In this document: positions 24,792 to 34,059 of the stretch, piece after piece
Layout of the letters: the number at the start of each line of letters is the position of its first letter
Numbering within the stretch: position 1 is the first letter of the stretch
Origin: Minisyncoccota bacterium
GTDB taxonomy: Bacteria > Patescibacteriota > Minisyncoccia > 2-02-FULL-40-12 > GWA2-44-9
NCBI GenBank assembly: GCA_040899895.1
Contig: JBBDZW010000047.1
Coordinates: 1-58,074, forward strand
DNA length: 58,074 bases
Reading direction: 5' to 3'
Position numbers and translations under genes: made by a program
The notes under the pieces: generated by a model
The model's database searches: none
What the model was told of the DNA's origin: nothing
Seen by the model: the letters and a program-made list of their open reading frames with translations, nothing else

Positions 24792-26999
24792 TTAAGGTAA
24801 GGGCACTTTCCCGCCTCGAGCAGCTGGAGGGATTGTTCCTGGGACTGGACTCCTTCCTGCGTATGCGGGATCTAGAATGTCACTGTATAAGATTTCAACT
24901 TTCTTATCACCGCCATCCGTATCAAGAAGCGCCTTCTCTAATCGATTTACATAGTTAGTTCGAGCTTTTCCTCTTAAACGGCCAATATATAGCTTTAAAG
25001 ATTCTTTGAAGGCGGCAGCATTCTCCTTTTCTTCCGGAGTGCCATCTTCTCTCCAAACCCGAAGGTTTATACCGGCTGTATCTTTTATGTCCCCGCTCTT
25101 TAAGGAACCGCCAAGCAAGTGGGCCTTTAATTGGAACTCGTTTGAAGGAGGCGCTTTATGGGCTCTCTCGAATCCTTCTGTTGCTTCTTTGTTAAGATCC
25201 GGGTTGCTAAGGTTATAATCCATAACAAAATCCGGACTGACTTTAGCGATTTCTTTCATAAAGGCTTTACTTTCTGCTGTAGTGTGTCCACCAAATACTC
25301 CCAAACCGGCTTCAAATTGTTCTTTGCTTAAGCCCCCCGCAGCTTTTTTATCAGTCTGCACATATCTGTACATCTCTCTTCTGGCCGCAACACTACTTTT
25401 GAGTGAGGTATAGTCGTAAGGTATTCCCGTCTTTGGGTCTACCCCTTTTTCGGCCGCAGCCATTCTCGCCAGATCTGGCCCTTTCATTTTTGAGAATTTA
25501 GAGGCACCGGCCGTTTTGGCGAAATCCTCCGCGGCCAACGGGTTTTTGGATAACTGTGTCAGAGTTGAAGTGAACATGTCGTTATCCAATTGACCGATCT
25601 TTGCAGCCAGTTTCCTGTAAGCAAACCCGCGAGGATCGGTTGCGTTGAATTGTTTGGCCCTGCTTAAGACATCCGCTTCTGTCAGTTGGCCGTTTTGGTA
25701 TTGGCGTTCAAAGTCGGTGTAGTCCTTACCGGCTCTGTCCACGAAAGCTTTTTCATTGGCGCGGCCTGCTCCCCTGACCCCAAATCTCTCTCCAAATCTT
25801 CCCGTCTGTTGCGCAAGACCGTAGTCCCCGCCGTAAAGCTTCTGGCCGATTCGTCCCGGCAGACCTTCTTGTTTGAACTGCTCCAGTCTTTGCTGTGCTG
25901 CCGTTCCGGCTGCAGTCAATCCGAGCCGGCGAGCGACAACTCCTCGTGACCATTTGGCTACTCCGACTACGCCGGTGCCGGAAAACATCGCCGCTTTCAT
26001 TGCCGTGATGGTGCCTCCGATGAGGAAAATAGCGGCTAAGACATAGAAAAACAATAATTGGAAAAAATTCGGAACGCCTGTTCCAAAATCTTGGTTTCTG
26101 GTTTGACTGGCAATCGCCGTCATTATTTCTGTTTGACTGCTTAAAAAATAAAGTCCGAAATAAAGAAAGAAAAGAAAGATGGGCAGAAACATATTCCAGC
26201 CAATAAATGTGCTCCACCATTTTTTATACATTCCCTGGCCGGCCGGAAAGACGCTTAAAATCCAGGCAATTGGCGAGACAACCAGCAGGGCCCATAATAT
26301 CGGAATTCTTATTAAGGCAAAAATAAAGGCCGTTAGAAGACTAAACAAGAATGTAAGGACAAGAATTAAAGAAAATATAATTTGAATTAAGGCGCCGGAA
26401 ATTGTTTGGTCGGTGCCATTGGCTCCGGAAGTTAAAGCAGCTTCAAACCCCGAAGAGGTAGCACCCGGCAATAAATTTGACGGGTTCAACCCTTGACCAA
26501 GCTGAGCGGACATATCACCTATTGAGGTAAGAAATGTGTTTGAGAGTACTTGGGAGGCGTCTATTACTAAAACCCCCAGAACTAGGCTGAAATTAATGAG
26601 TAACGCGGCGATTAAAAATTTAGGAAACAGCGTTCTGGCATCGTATTTAGAGATGTTAAATATCGTCGCAAAGGCCATCATGATGAGGGCGACGATAAAA
26701 AACATATTGGCGAAGTTGCGCATTATTTTCCAGCTTTCATCTATAACGGCTATACCTCCATCCGGGTAAACACGAATATTTATTACGGTATTTAAACCAA
26801 TCGCCAAAAAAGATATAAAACTACCGGCTACGGAGAATAATATAAATGCGGTATAGGCAAAAATATTAAGTACGGCACTATACCCAAATTCCAAAATACT
26901 GATTGCTTTGGCTTCGTGCGTCGGCAGTAAAACCAAAACAACCGCAAACAGAATTGCTAAATAATATTTTCGGTGTTTTTTAATGTTATTCCTTATCAT
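24792..26999 (-). CDS. TrbL/VirB6-like polytopic membrane protein with large C-terminal soluble domain
   Basis: Signal/anchor ending HEAKA and at least 6 hydrophobic helices in the first ~360 aa. The following ~375 aa are hydrophilic, rich in Gly/Ala/Lys and have no TM segment. Confidence 0.55.
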   Translation of the reverse strand: MIRNNIKKHRKYYLAILFAVVLVLLPTHEAKAISILEFGYSAVLNIFAYTAFILFSVAGSFISFLAIGLNTVINIRVYPDGGIAVIDESWKIMRNFANMFFIVALIMMAFATIFNISKYDARTLFPKFLIAALLINFSLVLGVLVIDASQVLSNTFLTSIGDMSAQLGQGLNPSNLLPGATSSGFEAALTSGANGTDQTISGALIQIIFSLILVLTFLFSLLTAFIFALIRIPILWALLVVSPIAWILSVFPAGQGMYKKWWSTFIGWNMFLPIFLFFLYFGLYFLSSQTEIMTAIASQTRNQDFGTGVPNFFQLLFFYVLAAIFLIGGTITAMKAAMFSGTGVVGVAKWSRGVVARRLGLTAAGTAAQQRLEQFKQEGLPGRIGQKLYGGDYGLAQQTGRFGERFGVRGAGRANEKAFVDRAGKDYTDFERQYQNGQLTEADVLSRAKQFNATDPRGFAYRKLAAKIGQLDNDMFTSTLTQLSKNPLAAEDFAKTAGASKFSKMKGPDLARMAAAEKGVDPKTGIPYDYTSLKSSVAARREMYRYVQTDKKAAGGLSKEQFEAGLGVFGGHTTAESKAFMKEIAKVSPDFVMDYNLSNPDLNKEATEGFERAHKAPPSNEFQLKAHLLGGSLKSGDIKDTAGINLRVWREDGTPEEKENAAAFKESLKLYIGRLRGKARTNYVNRLEKALLDTDGGDKKVEILYSDILDPAYAGRSPVPGTIPPAARGGKVPLP

Positions 27000-27008
27000 T
27001 TATGGCGC

Positions 27009-28583
27009 TTAAAAAGCTTGTTCTGGAGGAGGATTTTCTCCGCCACCTCCACCCCCAGCGCCCGTGATACAGCTCAACGGAATGGTGCCTACATAGTCAG
27101 TACCAACAACATCTCTTAGTGGCGCGTTTCCTGCTCCTGAGTTAATAATCACGTCATATCTTTCCCAGTTGGGTTCATTAGGTCTTTGAAGCGCAATCAG
27201 ATCTCCTTGGTTAGGATTGTCATTTCCATTCAAGACTGTGGCGGTAGCATTAAAACCTCTTCGTTCTAGTTCTGGGCCTAAATAGCTTAGAAAAACAAAA
27301 CCATTATTGGCGGTGTTAAGTTCATCGGCTATCCCTCCTGGGTTAGCAGTAACAACAGCACCAATCGCGCCATCAAGTTCCCCCTCATAGATTGGGCCCG
27401 TATTTGTTCCGGCACAGCGACCACCGCCACCAGTGCCAGGGTCTGGCAAATCAACATCATAATCGTATTTTTCATTAGGAATTATGTAGTCTCCTTCGTT
27501 GGGGTTGCTTAAGTTTTCAAGTCTATTAAATAAAACTTCCACCGCCGTAGCGATTAGTTCATTCAGTTCATCTACATTGGCAACCCACGCCAATTCCTGT
27601 TGGAATGTAGCCGCTAGGGCGTCGCTTATTACTGTTCCGGGGGTTTTAATATCCTTGTAGACCAAACATTTGCCGTTTGTATCCCTTTGCAAGCAACTAT
27701 CGTTTGCGTTTTCTCCGCTTCTTCCAATAAGACCTCTGTTCGCCAAAGACTGGTTTATGTCGGTTGATTCTTCCAGAGAGCGTTGTTTGGAGGCTTCATC
27801 TAAAGATTTAAATAGTGCCCCATAAAAATTATTTTGAGGTTCAAGCAAACGGTTCCAGGCATTCCACCCGCCGTTGTCTTTAAAGTTGCTTTGATAGTTA
27901 GTTAAGTTAAATCCGGAAGGCATCGTACAGCCGGTGCTTACTTGGAACGAATCAAAACCACCGGTGCGTGTTTGAGTGTTTGTCGGCAAGAGAGCTTTAC
28001 CATTCGCATCAAAAGTGTTTTTTAAATTTTGGCTAAAATAGTTACACAATTTTGTATTGGATAAAATGGATCTGAATATTCCTTCTCCACGATATTGAGC
28101 ATCAGTCTGAAAACTTCTCCAGTTTTGTATAAAGGCCGGCCCCCCATTTCGTCCACTTGTTCGGGCAATGTTTACAATATCAACATTCATTTGGCTCAGA
28201 ATTTCTCTGGCGGCGCATCGAGCGATTACATCTTGAACTTTTTCTTTATCTTTATAGGTTGGATTAAAAACGACATCGTTTGTCGGAACGGAATTTGCTC
28301 CAACCAAAGTCCCTCCTGTACCCGATAATTTATTTAAAAACCCTCCTAATTTCGGAAATCTTTTTGCCAGACCCTTTAACCCGTCATTTATTTTGTCACT
28401 GAGCCACTGGGCTGTTTTTCCAGCAGAAACACAGCCGGCGAATTTTGCGCCACTTTTAATACTGGAAGCATCCAGTGCCGCCCCAGCCGGTATTGGAGAG
28501 GCAAGGTAAGGCAAAAGAACGGAAAACAAAAAGATGGTTAGACCCACGGATACGGATAATCTTTTTGTTATAATATTTTTCAT
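27009..28583 (-). CDS. exported protein of unknown family with Gly-rich C-terminus
   Basis: Signal peptide (...SPIPAGAALD), scattered Cys pairs, two poly-Gly runs (GTGGGGRC; GAGGGGGGENPPP). Translationally coupled on both sides. Confidence 0.5.
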   Translation of the reverse strand: MKNIITKRLSVSVGLTIFLFSVLLPYLASPIPAGAALDASSIKSGAKFAGCVSAGKTAQWLSDKINDGLKGLAKRFPKLGGFLNKLSGTGGTLVGANSVPTNDVVFNPTYKDKEKVQDVIARCAAREILSQMNVDIVNIARTSGRNGGPAFIQNWRSFQTDAQYRGEGIFRSILSNTKLCNYFSQNLKNTFDANGKALLPTNTQTRTGGFDSFQVSTGCTMPSGFNLTNYQSNFKDNGGWNAWNRLLEPQNNFYGALFKSLDEASKQRSLEESTDINQSLANRGLIGRSGENANDSCLQRDTNGKCLVYKDIKTPGTVISDALAATFQQELAWVANVDELNELIATAVEVLFNRLENLSNPNEGDYIIPNEKYDYDVDLPDPGTGGGGRCAGTNTGPIYEGELDGAIGAVVTANPGGIADELNTANNGFVFLSYLGPELERRGFNATATVLNGNDNPNQGDLIALQRPNEPNWERYDVIINSGAGNAPLRDVVGTDYVGTIPLSCITGAGGGGGGENPPPEQAF

Positions 28584-29491
28584 TGCTCAAAAACGGTAGC
28601 TTTTACGTTTAGTTTTTGTTTGTTAATAATATCAAGGTATGTATCTGCAAGTTTTGGCAAAACATCCATATAGTCAGGCAATCTGTTTAGGGCAATCACG
28701 GCCTTAATCGGATCTTTTGACCCAAAAGTCAGAGATTTATTTATTTCCATCAATTCGGCGGCGAGCTTTAAAAATCCCAAATGGGATTGCTGCCAGTTTT
28801 TAGGGACATAGATTCCGGAAGCATCGTTAAAGATACTTTGAAATTCCGATGTTTTGGAATTAAAATATCCCACCATTCCAATATCGCTAAATCCGGCATC
28901 GCCGATAATGTTCAGATTTTTTTCAAAATGATTCATTTCGTCAAAATAGGCCAGAGTAAATCTTTTAAACAATTCGGAAAATGATTTAAGATAAATTTCC
29001 TGATTATTTTTACTGGATTCTATTGTCGGCAAATTGAGGCCGGTAATATTTTGCTGAAAATCTTTATTTGCGTCTTCAAGGATATTAGCTAATAAATTGT
29101 TAACGGAAGATGTAAAATCAGGATTACTGGGTTTAAGTGAACCCTCGTATAATCCCGAAAGTGTGAGTTTTGAAAATTTCTCGGTTACATTTCCGTTGTT
29201 TAGCAAATCGTCCGGACCGGGTTTTAGCGGATCGTGGCCCGACGACACTTCTTCCCCATCCAAAAAACCATCCCCATCCGTGTCGGGTTTGTTGGGGTCT
29301 GTATTCCAATAAGATTCTTCTTTGTTTGAGAGGCCGTCTTTATCCCAGTCGTTGTCAACAATATCCCAGGCGGATTGTTTTATGTTTGTTAGACTCGGTC
29401 CGCCAAATCTAAAGGAGTTTATTAGAGTTAAAACCGAAAAGAGGGCGATTATCGCCATAAAACCCAAAATTACTTTAATTTTATAAGTCAT
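28580..29491 (-). CDS. membrane-anchored protein with thrombospondin type-3-like Ca-binding repeats
   Basis: N-terminal TM helix. DNDWDKDGLSNKEE and DTDGDGFLDGEE match the DxDxDGxxDxxE repeat. Confidence 0.5.
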   Translation of the reverse strand: MTYKIKVILGFMAIIALFSVLTLINSFRFGGPSLTNIKQSAWDIVDNDWDKDGLSNKEESYWNTDPNKPDTDGDGFLDGEEVSSGHDPLKPGPDDLLNNGNVTEKFSKLTLSGLYEGSLKPSNPDFTSSVNNLLANILEDANKDFQQNITGLNLPTIESSKNNQEIYLKSFSELFKRFTLAYFDEMNHFEKNLNIIGDAGFSDIGMVGYFNSKTSEFQSIFNDASGIYVPKNWQQSHLGFLKLAAELMEINKSLTFGSKDPIKAVIALNRLPDYMDVLPKLADTYLDIINKQKLNVKATVFEQ

Positions 29492-29567
29492 TTTGCGGGA
29501 AAAATTAGATTTTCCCTATGATTAGTATAACATTTCCAATATCAATAAGAGTGTTGATAGTTTGTTC

Positions 29568-30143
29568 TTAATCGCTAGTCCCGATTTTGTAGATTACTCC
29601 TCCTTCGGGGCACGATAAGCTAAAGTTGTAAAAGTCTGCGACGCCTATTGTTATGACGGGTATTTGGTCCAATGCGTCGTTTATTGGATTAAGCACGCCT
29701 CTTTCGAAAAATTCATTGTTGAACGCCAATCCTAGCGTCCATACCCCTACCTTGTTCTGGTTTTTATTTGCGTATATTTGCGAAATGAAAGGAAATGTGA
29801 AAATGTCGTCTGCTGGTATGCCGGGACGGTCTACATCTATCTTTGTTCCCGTAATAGGAATTGGAATGCCGGGGCCTACATAACATACACCAACAGGAGG
29901 ACAGCCACGAACAGTCGTCCAGTAATGTATTTTACAGGCTACGCCCGTATCAGTTATCTTTCCACCAAAAGGAAACGTAACCCTCGCGGTATCCACTGAT
30001 TTTAAAAGATTGGCTACGGCTCGGATGGCGTTTACGACTCTTCTAATAATATTAAAATCTAAACCGTGAGCGGGCTCTGAGACTACAAAAGCGGCCGATA
30101 TTATTACCAACACTAAGATTGTGGCAACAACTTTTTTGGGCAT
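29568..30143 (-). CDS. exported hypothetical protein
   Basis: 191 aa with a signal/anchor helix and conserved-looking Cys residues. TAATG overlap with the upstream gene. Confidence 0.45.
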   Translation of the reverse strand: MPKKVVATILVLVIISAAFVVSEPAHGLDFNIIRRVVNAIRAVANLLKSVDTARVTFPFGGKITDTGVACKIHYWTTVRGCPPVGVCYVGPGIPIPITGTKIDVDRPGIPADDIFTFPFISQIYANKNQNKVGVWTLGLAFNNEFFERGVLNPINDALDQIPVITIGVADFYNFSLSCPEGGVIYKIGTSD

Positions 30144-31111
30144 TAAAATATTTTTTTAATAATGAGTAGAATTTTATTAAAAATACTAACAACAAAATTT
30201 CCACTAGAAACCGGAGGCGCTTTTTGTGGGTCTGTTGTTTCTTGGGCTGAAATAGTCGGACTGATTAATGGCGCGGGAAATAATCCTGTCGGTCTACTCG
30301 AACTCGGAGAAATAAAAACGCTATCCGGGGTTTTTATCGGACTGGAGCTCGGCGTTTTTCCCGGAAGAGGAGACGGTTGGGCTGACGGTGGTTTTAGGGC
30401 GACACAATTGCCATTTTGGGCATAGTAATTAGCGTCATATTTTGATTTGCAGGCCATATTTGCTTCTACGCATCTTTCCCCGAACAAAAAGTAGCCGTTA
30501 TCGCAAAGACAGGTGTCGGTTTCAGAATTATAGGTGGAGTATCCGTAAAAGAGAGGACAAAACACAGCTTTTAATATGGGTTGCACTAATCTGTTTCCGG
30601 GCAAACTGAAGTTCGGGTTGTTATTGTCAACCAAGCATGACTGAAACTCCGCATTCAAAGACCGAAACTCTTGTATTTGTTGCCCGCATTTGTTTAGTTC
30701 ATTTTTACCAAGTTCAGAATTTTCTAACCCCTGGGCCCTTAATCGTTCTAATACACTATTGTAGGACTGGCTGTTCATACACCCCATTTCTGATGGAGGA
30801 AAACAACCGCTTGTCGTCATAAAGTCCGCTTGTTGTTGAGTTAGAAGTTCTATTTCTTCTTGGCACTGAGGAACGGCGTATATAAAAGGCAATGAATCGT
30901 CTTTGGTTCCGTCTTTGCAGGTAACCGAGGCATCTGGCTTTAAAACTGCGCAATCCACTCCCCCGTGTCCGACACAGACATCAATAGTAGGTGCCGTTGT
31001 TAAAGCGAAGACATCGGTAAAATCATTGCCGTAGCCACTCACAAAAAGAGAAAGCAAAAAAGAGAGCACAACAAAACCTGTACCGATAACAATAAAATTT
31101 CTTGCCGTCAT
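30143..31111 (-). CDS. exported Cys-rich protein with Pro/Ser-rich C-terminal tail (first gene of T4SS-like operon)
   Basis: Start set to ATG 31111 (MTARNF...) to avoid overlapping rsmA. TM/signal helix, more than 15 Cys, C-terminal PPSAQPSPLPGKTPSSSPIKTP. Confidence 0.45.
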   Translation of the reverse strand: MTARNFIVIGTGFVVLSFLLSLFVSGYGNDFTDVFALTTAPTIDVCVGHGGVDCAVLKPDASVTCKDGTKDDSLPFIYAVPQCQEEIELLTQQQADFMTTSGCFPPSEMGCMNSQSYNSVLERLRAQGLENSELGKNELNKCGQQIQEFRSLNAEFQSCLVDNNNPNFSLPGNRLVQPILKAVFCPLFYGYSTYNSETDTCLCDNGYFLFGERCVEANMACKSKYDANYYAQNGNCVALKPPSAQPSPLPGKTPSSSPIKTPDSVFISPSSSRPTGLFPAPLISPTISAQETTDPQKAPPVSSGNFVVSIFNKILLIIKKIF

Positions 31112-31119
31112 GGTTATAA

Positions 31120-31902
31120 TTATAGAACAGAAGAAATTTTTAACCAATCTGATATGGCCAGTTCTTCCGGCCTTGTTTCCGGGTTGATGCCCAGTGTTTT
31201 GAGATTGATTTCGGGGAGAGTGTTTTTGAGTTGCTTTCTTTTTCCGGCGAAAGCCTTCTTGGCTGTCTGCAGTATCTTCTCATTTCTCGCCCTTGTTGTT
31301 GGTTGCAAGTCGTGGGTTATCAGTTTTATTATTGCGGAATCCACTTTTGGTACAGGTCGAAAACTGTTTTTGGAAACGTTCATTATTATCTCCGGCTCGG
31401 AATACAACTGAATGGAAAGAGCCAAAAGATTCATATCGCCCGGCTTGGCCGTTATTCTTTTGGCCACCTCTTTCTGGACGGTTAAGACGATTAGTTTTGG
31501 AGTTGGCCATTTGCTGAATATTTTTCTTAGGAAATGAGAGGTTATGTAATATGGGATATTACCAATTACTTTGTAATTGGAATTTCTAATTTCTAATTTC
31601 AAATTTCTAAACAATTTTTCAATATCCAAATCCAAAACATCACCTTCAACTATCTCTACATTTCCGGCGTAGGCTGAATTTGGAGAAAATTCATTTTTAA
31701 GGAATTCAATAAGGCGATGATCTTTTTCTATTGCAATAACTCGGCCAGCTTTTTCAGCAAGTTTTTTGGTCAGATTGCCTGTCCCGGGGCCTATTTCTAT
31801 AACAATGTCTTCTGGGCCGACTTCAGCGGCCTGAACTATTTTATCTAAAACCCCTTCGTTGATAAGAAAGTTCTGGCCTAAAGATTTTTTTGCCCTAATC
31901 AT
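31120..31902 (-). CDS. rsmA: 16S rRNA (adenine1518/1519-N6)-dimethyltransferase RsmA/KsgA
   Basis: KKSLGQNFL, SAM-binding IEIGPGTGNLT, GNIPYYITS. Carries an in-frame AATTTCT x4 repeat. Confidence 0.9.
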   Translation of the reverse strand: MIRAKKSLGQNFLINEGVLDKIVQAAEVGPEDIVIEIGPGTGNLTKKLAEKAGRVIAIEKDHRLIEFLKNEFSPNSAYAGNVEIVEGDVLDLDIEKLFRNLKLEIRNSNYKVIGNIPYYITSHFLRKIFSKWPTPKLIVLTVQKEVAKRITAKPGDMNLLALSIQLYSEPEIIMNVSKNSFRPVPKVDSAIIKLITHDLQPTTRARNEKILQTAKKAFAGKRKQLKNTLPEINLKTLGINPETRPEELAISDWLKISSVL

Positions 31903-31913
31903 AAAATCAAATT

Positions 31914-31948
31914 GTGCAACATAAACACGGCCGTATTAATCTTGCGAC
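31914..31948. repeat. 35-nt palindromic element with ACGGCCGT core (family 2, copy 1)
   Basis: Its reverse complement GTCGCAAGATTAATACGGCCGTGTTTATGTTGCAC matches 55611-55645 at 31 of 35 positions. Confidence 0.7.
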
Positions 31949-31949
31949 G

Positions 31950-33962
31950 CTAATAATTTATTATTTTGTCCTCGCTGTCGTCATTTGAATAAAAATCTGA
32001 CATTGACGTTTTGACATCCAAAACATTGCCGGGCATCTCACCAATGAATCTTGAAGGAAGATTGGCTTCCGTTGAGCCGAAGATGTGTCGGTATTTTGCG
32101 TAAGATACGACAAGTTTTTTCTTTGCTCTGGTGACCGCGACATAGCAAAGGCGTCTTTCCTCTTCTATTTCTTTGGGATCAAGAAGCGAACGGGAATGGG
32201 GGAAAAGACCTTCCTCCATTCCCGTTATGAACACTACCGGAAACTCTAATCCTTTTGAGGAATGGACGGTCATAAGAACGATTTTGTTATCGGCATTTTT
32301 AAGCTTATCAGCATCCTGCAGGAGGGCAATTTCTTCTAAAAATCTGTTTATTCCCTCCCCGTTCTTCAAGGGGTCATGTTTTTTAGCCACGGTCAGCAGT
32401 TCTTTTATGTTCTCTATTCTATCTAAAGCCGTCTCGTCGTTCCCTGATTTTCGGTAAGTGGTCATTAAGTAGTCTTCGTAGTTGGTTTTTTGGACAACGC
32501 TTTTGACAAGTTTTGATAAAGGTTCAGATTTTTTTTTATCGTCTAAATACTTGAGAACATGATGCAATTCTGTCAGCCCAGCCTCTTGTTTGATGCCCTT
32601 GGCCTCTTTGGCCGACGCTTCGACCGCTTTTATTAGATTCGATTCCCCGGCCTGTTCTGAGTTTGCCGAATGGATTTTTAATATTTTTTGCAAAGTGGCC
32701 GGACCTATGCCTCTGGGCGGTGTATTGTATATTCTTTCAAAACCGACGATATCCGACGGATTGGCAAGGACACGGAGGTAAGCCAAAATGTCTTTTATTT
32801 CTTTTCTCTCGTAGAATTTTATGCCACCCACTATTTGATAAGGGATACCTCGTGAAATGAGCGCTTCTTCAATGGCCCTTGACTGGGCGTGTGTGCGGTA
32901 AAGAACGGCAAAGTCGTTTACCTTGTAGCCCTGACCGGAGAGTTCTTCCACGGTTTCGATTATGTGATTTGCCTCATCTTTTTCGTTAAGTGTCTCGCGA
33001 ACCGATATTTTTTCCCCGCGGTCGTTGTCGGTCCATAGCTCCTTGGGCATCTGGGCTCGATTGTTAGAAATTATGTTTTGGGCGGCGGAGATGATGTTTT
33101 TGGTTGAACGATAATTCTGTTCAAGCATGACGACCTTGGCTTTGGGGTAATCTTTTTGGAAGTTAAGAATATTTCGTATGTCGGCATCTCGGAACATATA
33201 GATCGATTGCGCATCGTCCCCTATCACGAAGAGATTCTTATTTTTTTCCGCCAATAATTTTACAAATTGGTATTGGTCATGGCTGGTGTCCTGATATTCA
33301 TCAACCAAAATGTAATGCCAAATGTTTTGGTATTTTGCGAGAGTATGAGGATTTTCTTTGAAGAGCCTGACCGTAAGAACAATAAGGTCGTCAAAATCAA
33401 GCCCATTCATTTCCTTGAGTCCCTTTTGGTACTTTTCGTAAGCGCTGGCGACTATTTTTGAAAAGAAATCCTCGGGTTCATAGTCTGCGGGGGTGATCAA
33501 GTTGGTTTTCAGCCGTGATATTTTTCCGAGGATCGCCCGCGGGTTGAATCGTTTGGTGTCCAGTTCCAAATCGGCCATAACTCTCTTTATCAAGCCGAGC
33601 TGGTCATCGCTATCAAGAATAGAAAAATTATTGCCGTAGCCCAGTACAGCGATCTCTCTTCGAAGTATTCTCAGGCAAATTGAATGGAAGGTGCCCACCA
33701 CAGGTGAAATTGATGGATTTTTTCCGCTTTCGACAGACAATAAATTCTGAACACGCTCTTTTATTTCCTGACTGGCCTTGTTTGTGAAAGTTATACATAG
33801 AATATTTTCGGGCGCTATCCCTTGCGAAATAAGATAAGCTACTCGATGGGTCAGGCATCTCGTCTTGCCGGAGCCCGGACCGGAAATAACCAAAACAGGG
33901 CCTTGAATGGCCCGGACCGCCTCTGTTTGTTTGTCGTTCAGTCCCTGGAAAATTTTGTCCAT
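31950..33962 (-). CDS. pcrA: UvrD/PcrA/Rep-family ATP-dependent DNA helicase
   Basis: LNDKQTEAV, Walker A GPGSGKT, DEYQDT, and helicase motifs III-VI (VTRAKKKL). Start set to ATG 33962 (MDKIFQGL). Confidence 0.88.
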   Translation of the reverse strand: MDKIFQGLNDKQTEAVRAIQGPVLVISGPGSGKTRCLTHRVAYLISQGIAPENILCITFTNKASQEIKERVQNLLSVESGKNPSISPVVGTFHSICLRILRREIAVLGYGNNFSILDSDDQLGLIKRVMADLELDTKRFNPRAILGKISRLKTNLITPADYEPEDFFSKIVASAYEKYQKGLKEMNGLDFDDLIVLTVRLFKENPHTLAKYQNIWHYILVDEYQDTSHDQYQFVKLLAEKNKNLFVIGDDAQSIYMFRDADIRNILNFQKDYPKAKVVMLEQNYRSTKNIISAAQNIISNNRAQMPKELWTDNDRGEKISVRETLNEKDEANHIIETVEELSGQGYKVNDFAVLYRTHAQSRAIEEALISRGIPYQIVGGIKFYERKEIKDILAYLRVLANPSDIVGFERIYNTPPRGIGPATLQKILKIHSANSEQAGESNLIKAVEASAKEAKGIKQEAGLTELHHVLKYLDDKKKSEPLSKLVKSVVQKTNYEDYLMTTYRKSGNDETALDRIENIKELLTVAKKHDPLKNGEGINRFLEEIALLQDADKLKNADNKIVLMTVHSSKGLEFPVVFITGMEEGLFPHSRSLLDPKEIEEERRLCYVAVTRAKKKLVVSYAKYRHIFGSTEANLPSRFIGEMPGNVLDVKTSMSDFYSNDDSEDKIINY

Positions 33963-33988
33963 TTTTGGTAATATTATCGGATCAAAAT

Positions 33989-34059
33989 GGGCCCGTCGTA
34001 TAGTGGCAATATACGGCATTCGCATTGCCGGGACGCGGTTTCGATTACCGCCGGGTCCA
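33989..34059 (+). tRNA. tRNA-Ala (anticodon CGC)
   Basis: Acceptor GGGCCCG/CGGGTCC with the G3:U70 alanine identity pair. Anticodon stem CGGCA/TGCCG with loop TTCGCAT. T arm GCGGT-TTCGATT-ACCGC, A73. Confidence 0.85.

Noticed and set aside
29492-29567. Candidate internal promoter and hairpin (gggaaaa-tctaa-tttttccc) in the gap within the T4SS-like operon
   Set aside because: No convincing -35/-10 pair with proper spacing could be identified by eye. It is left unannotated.
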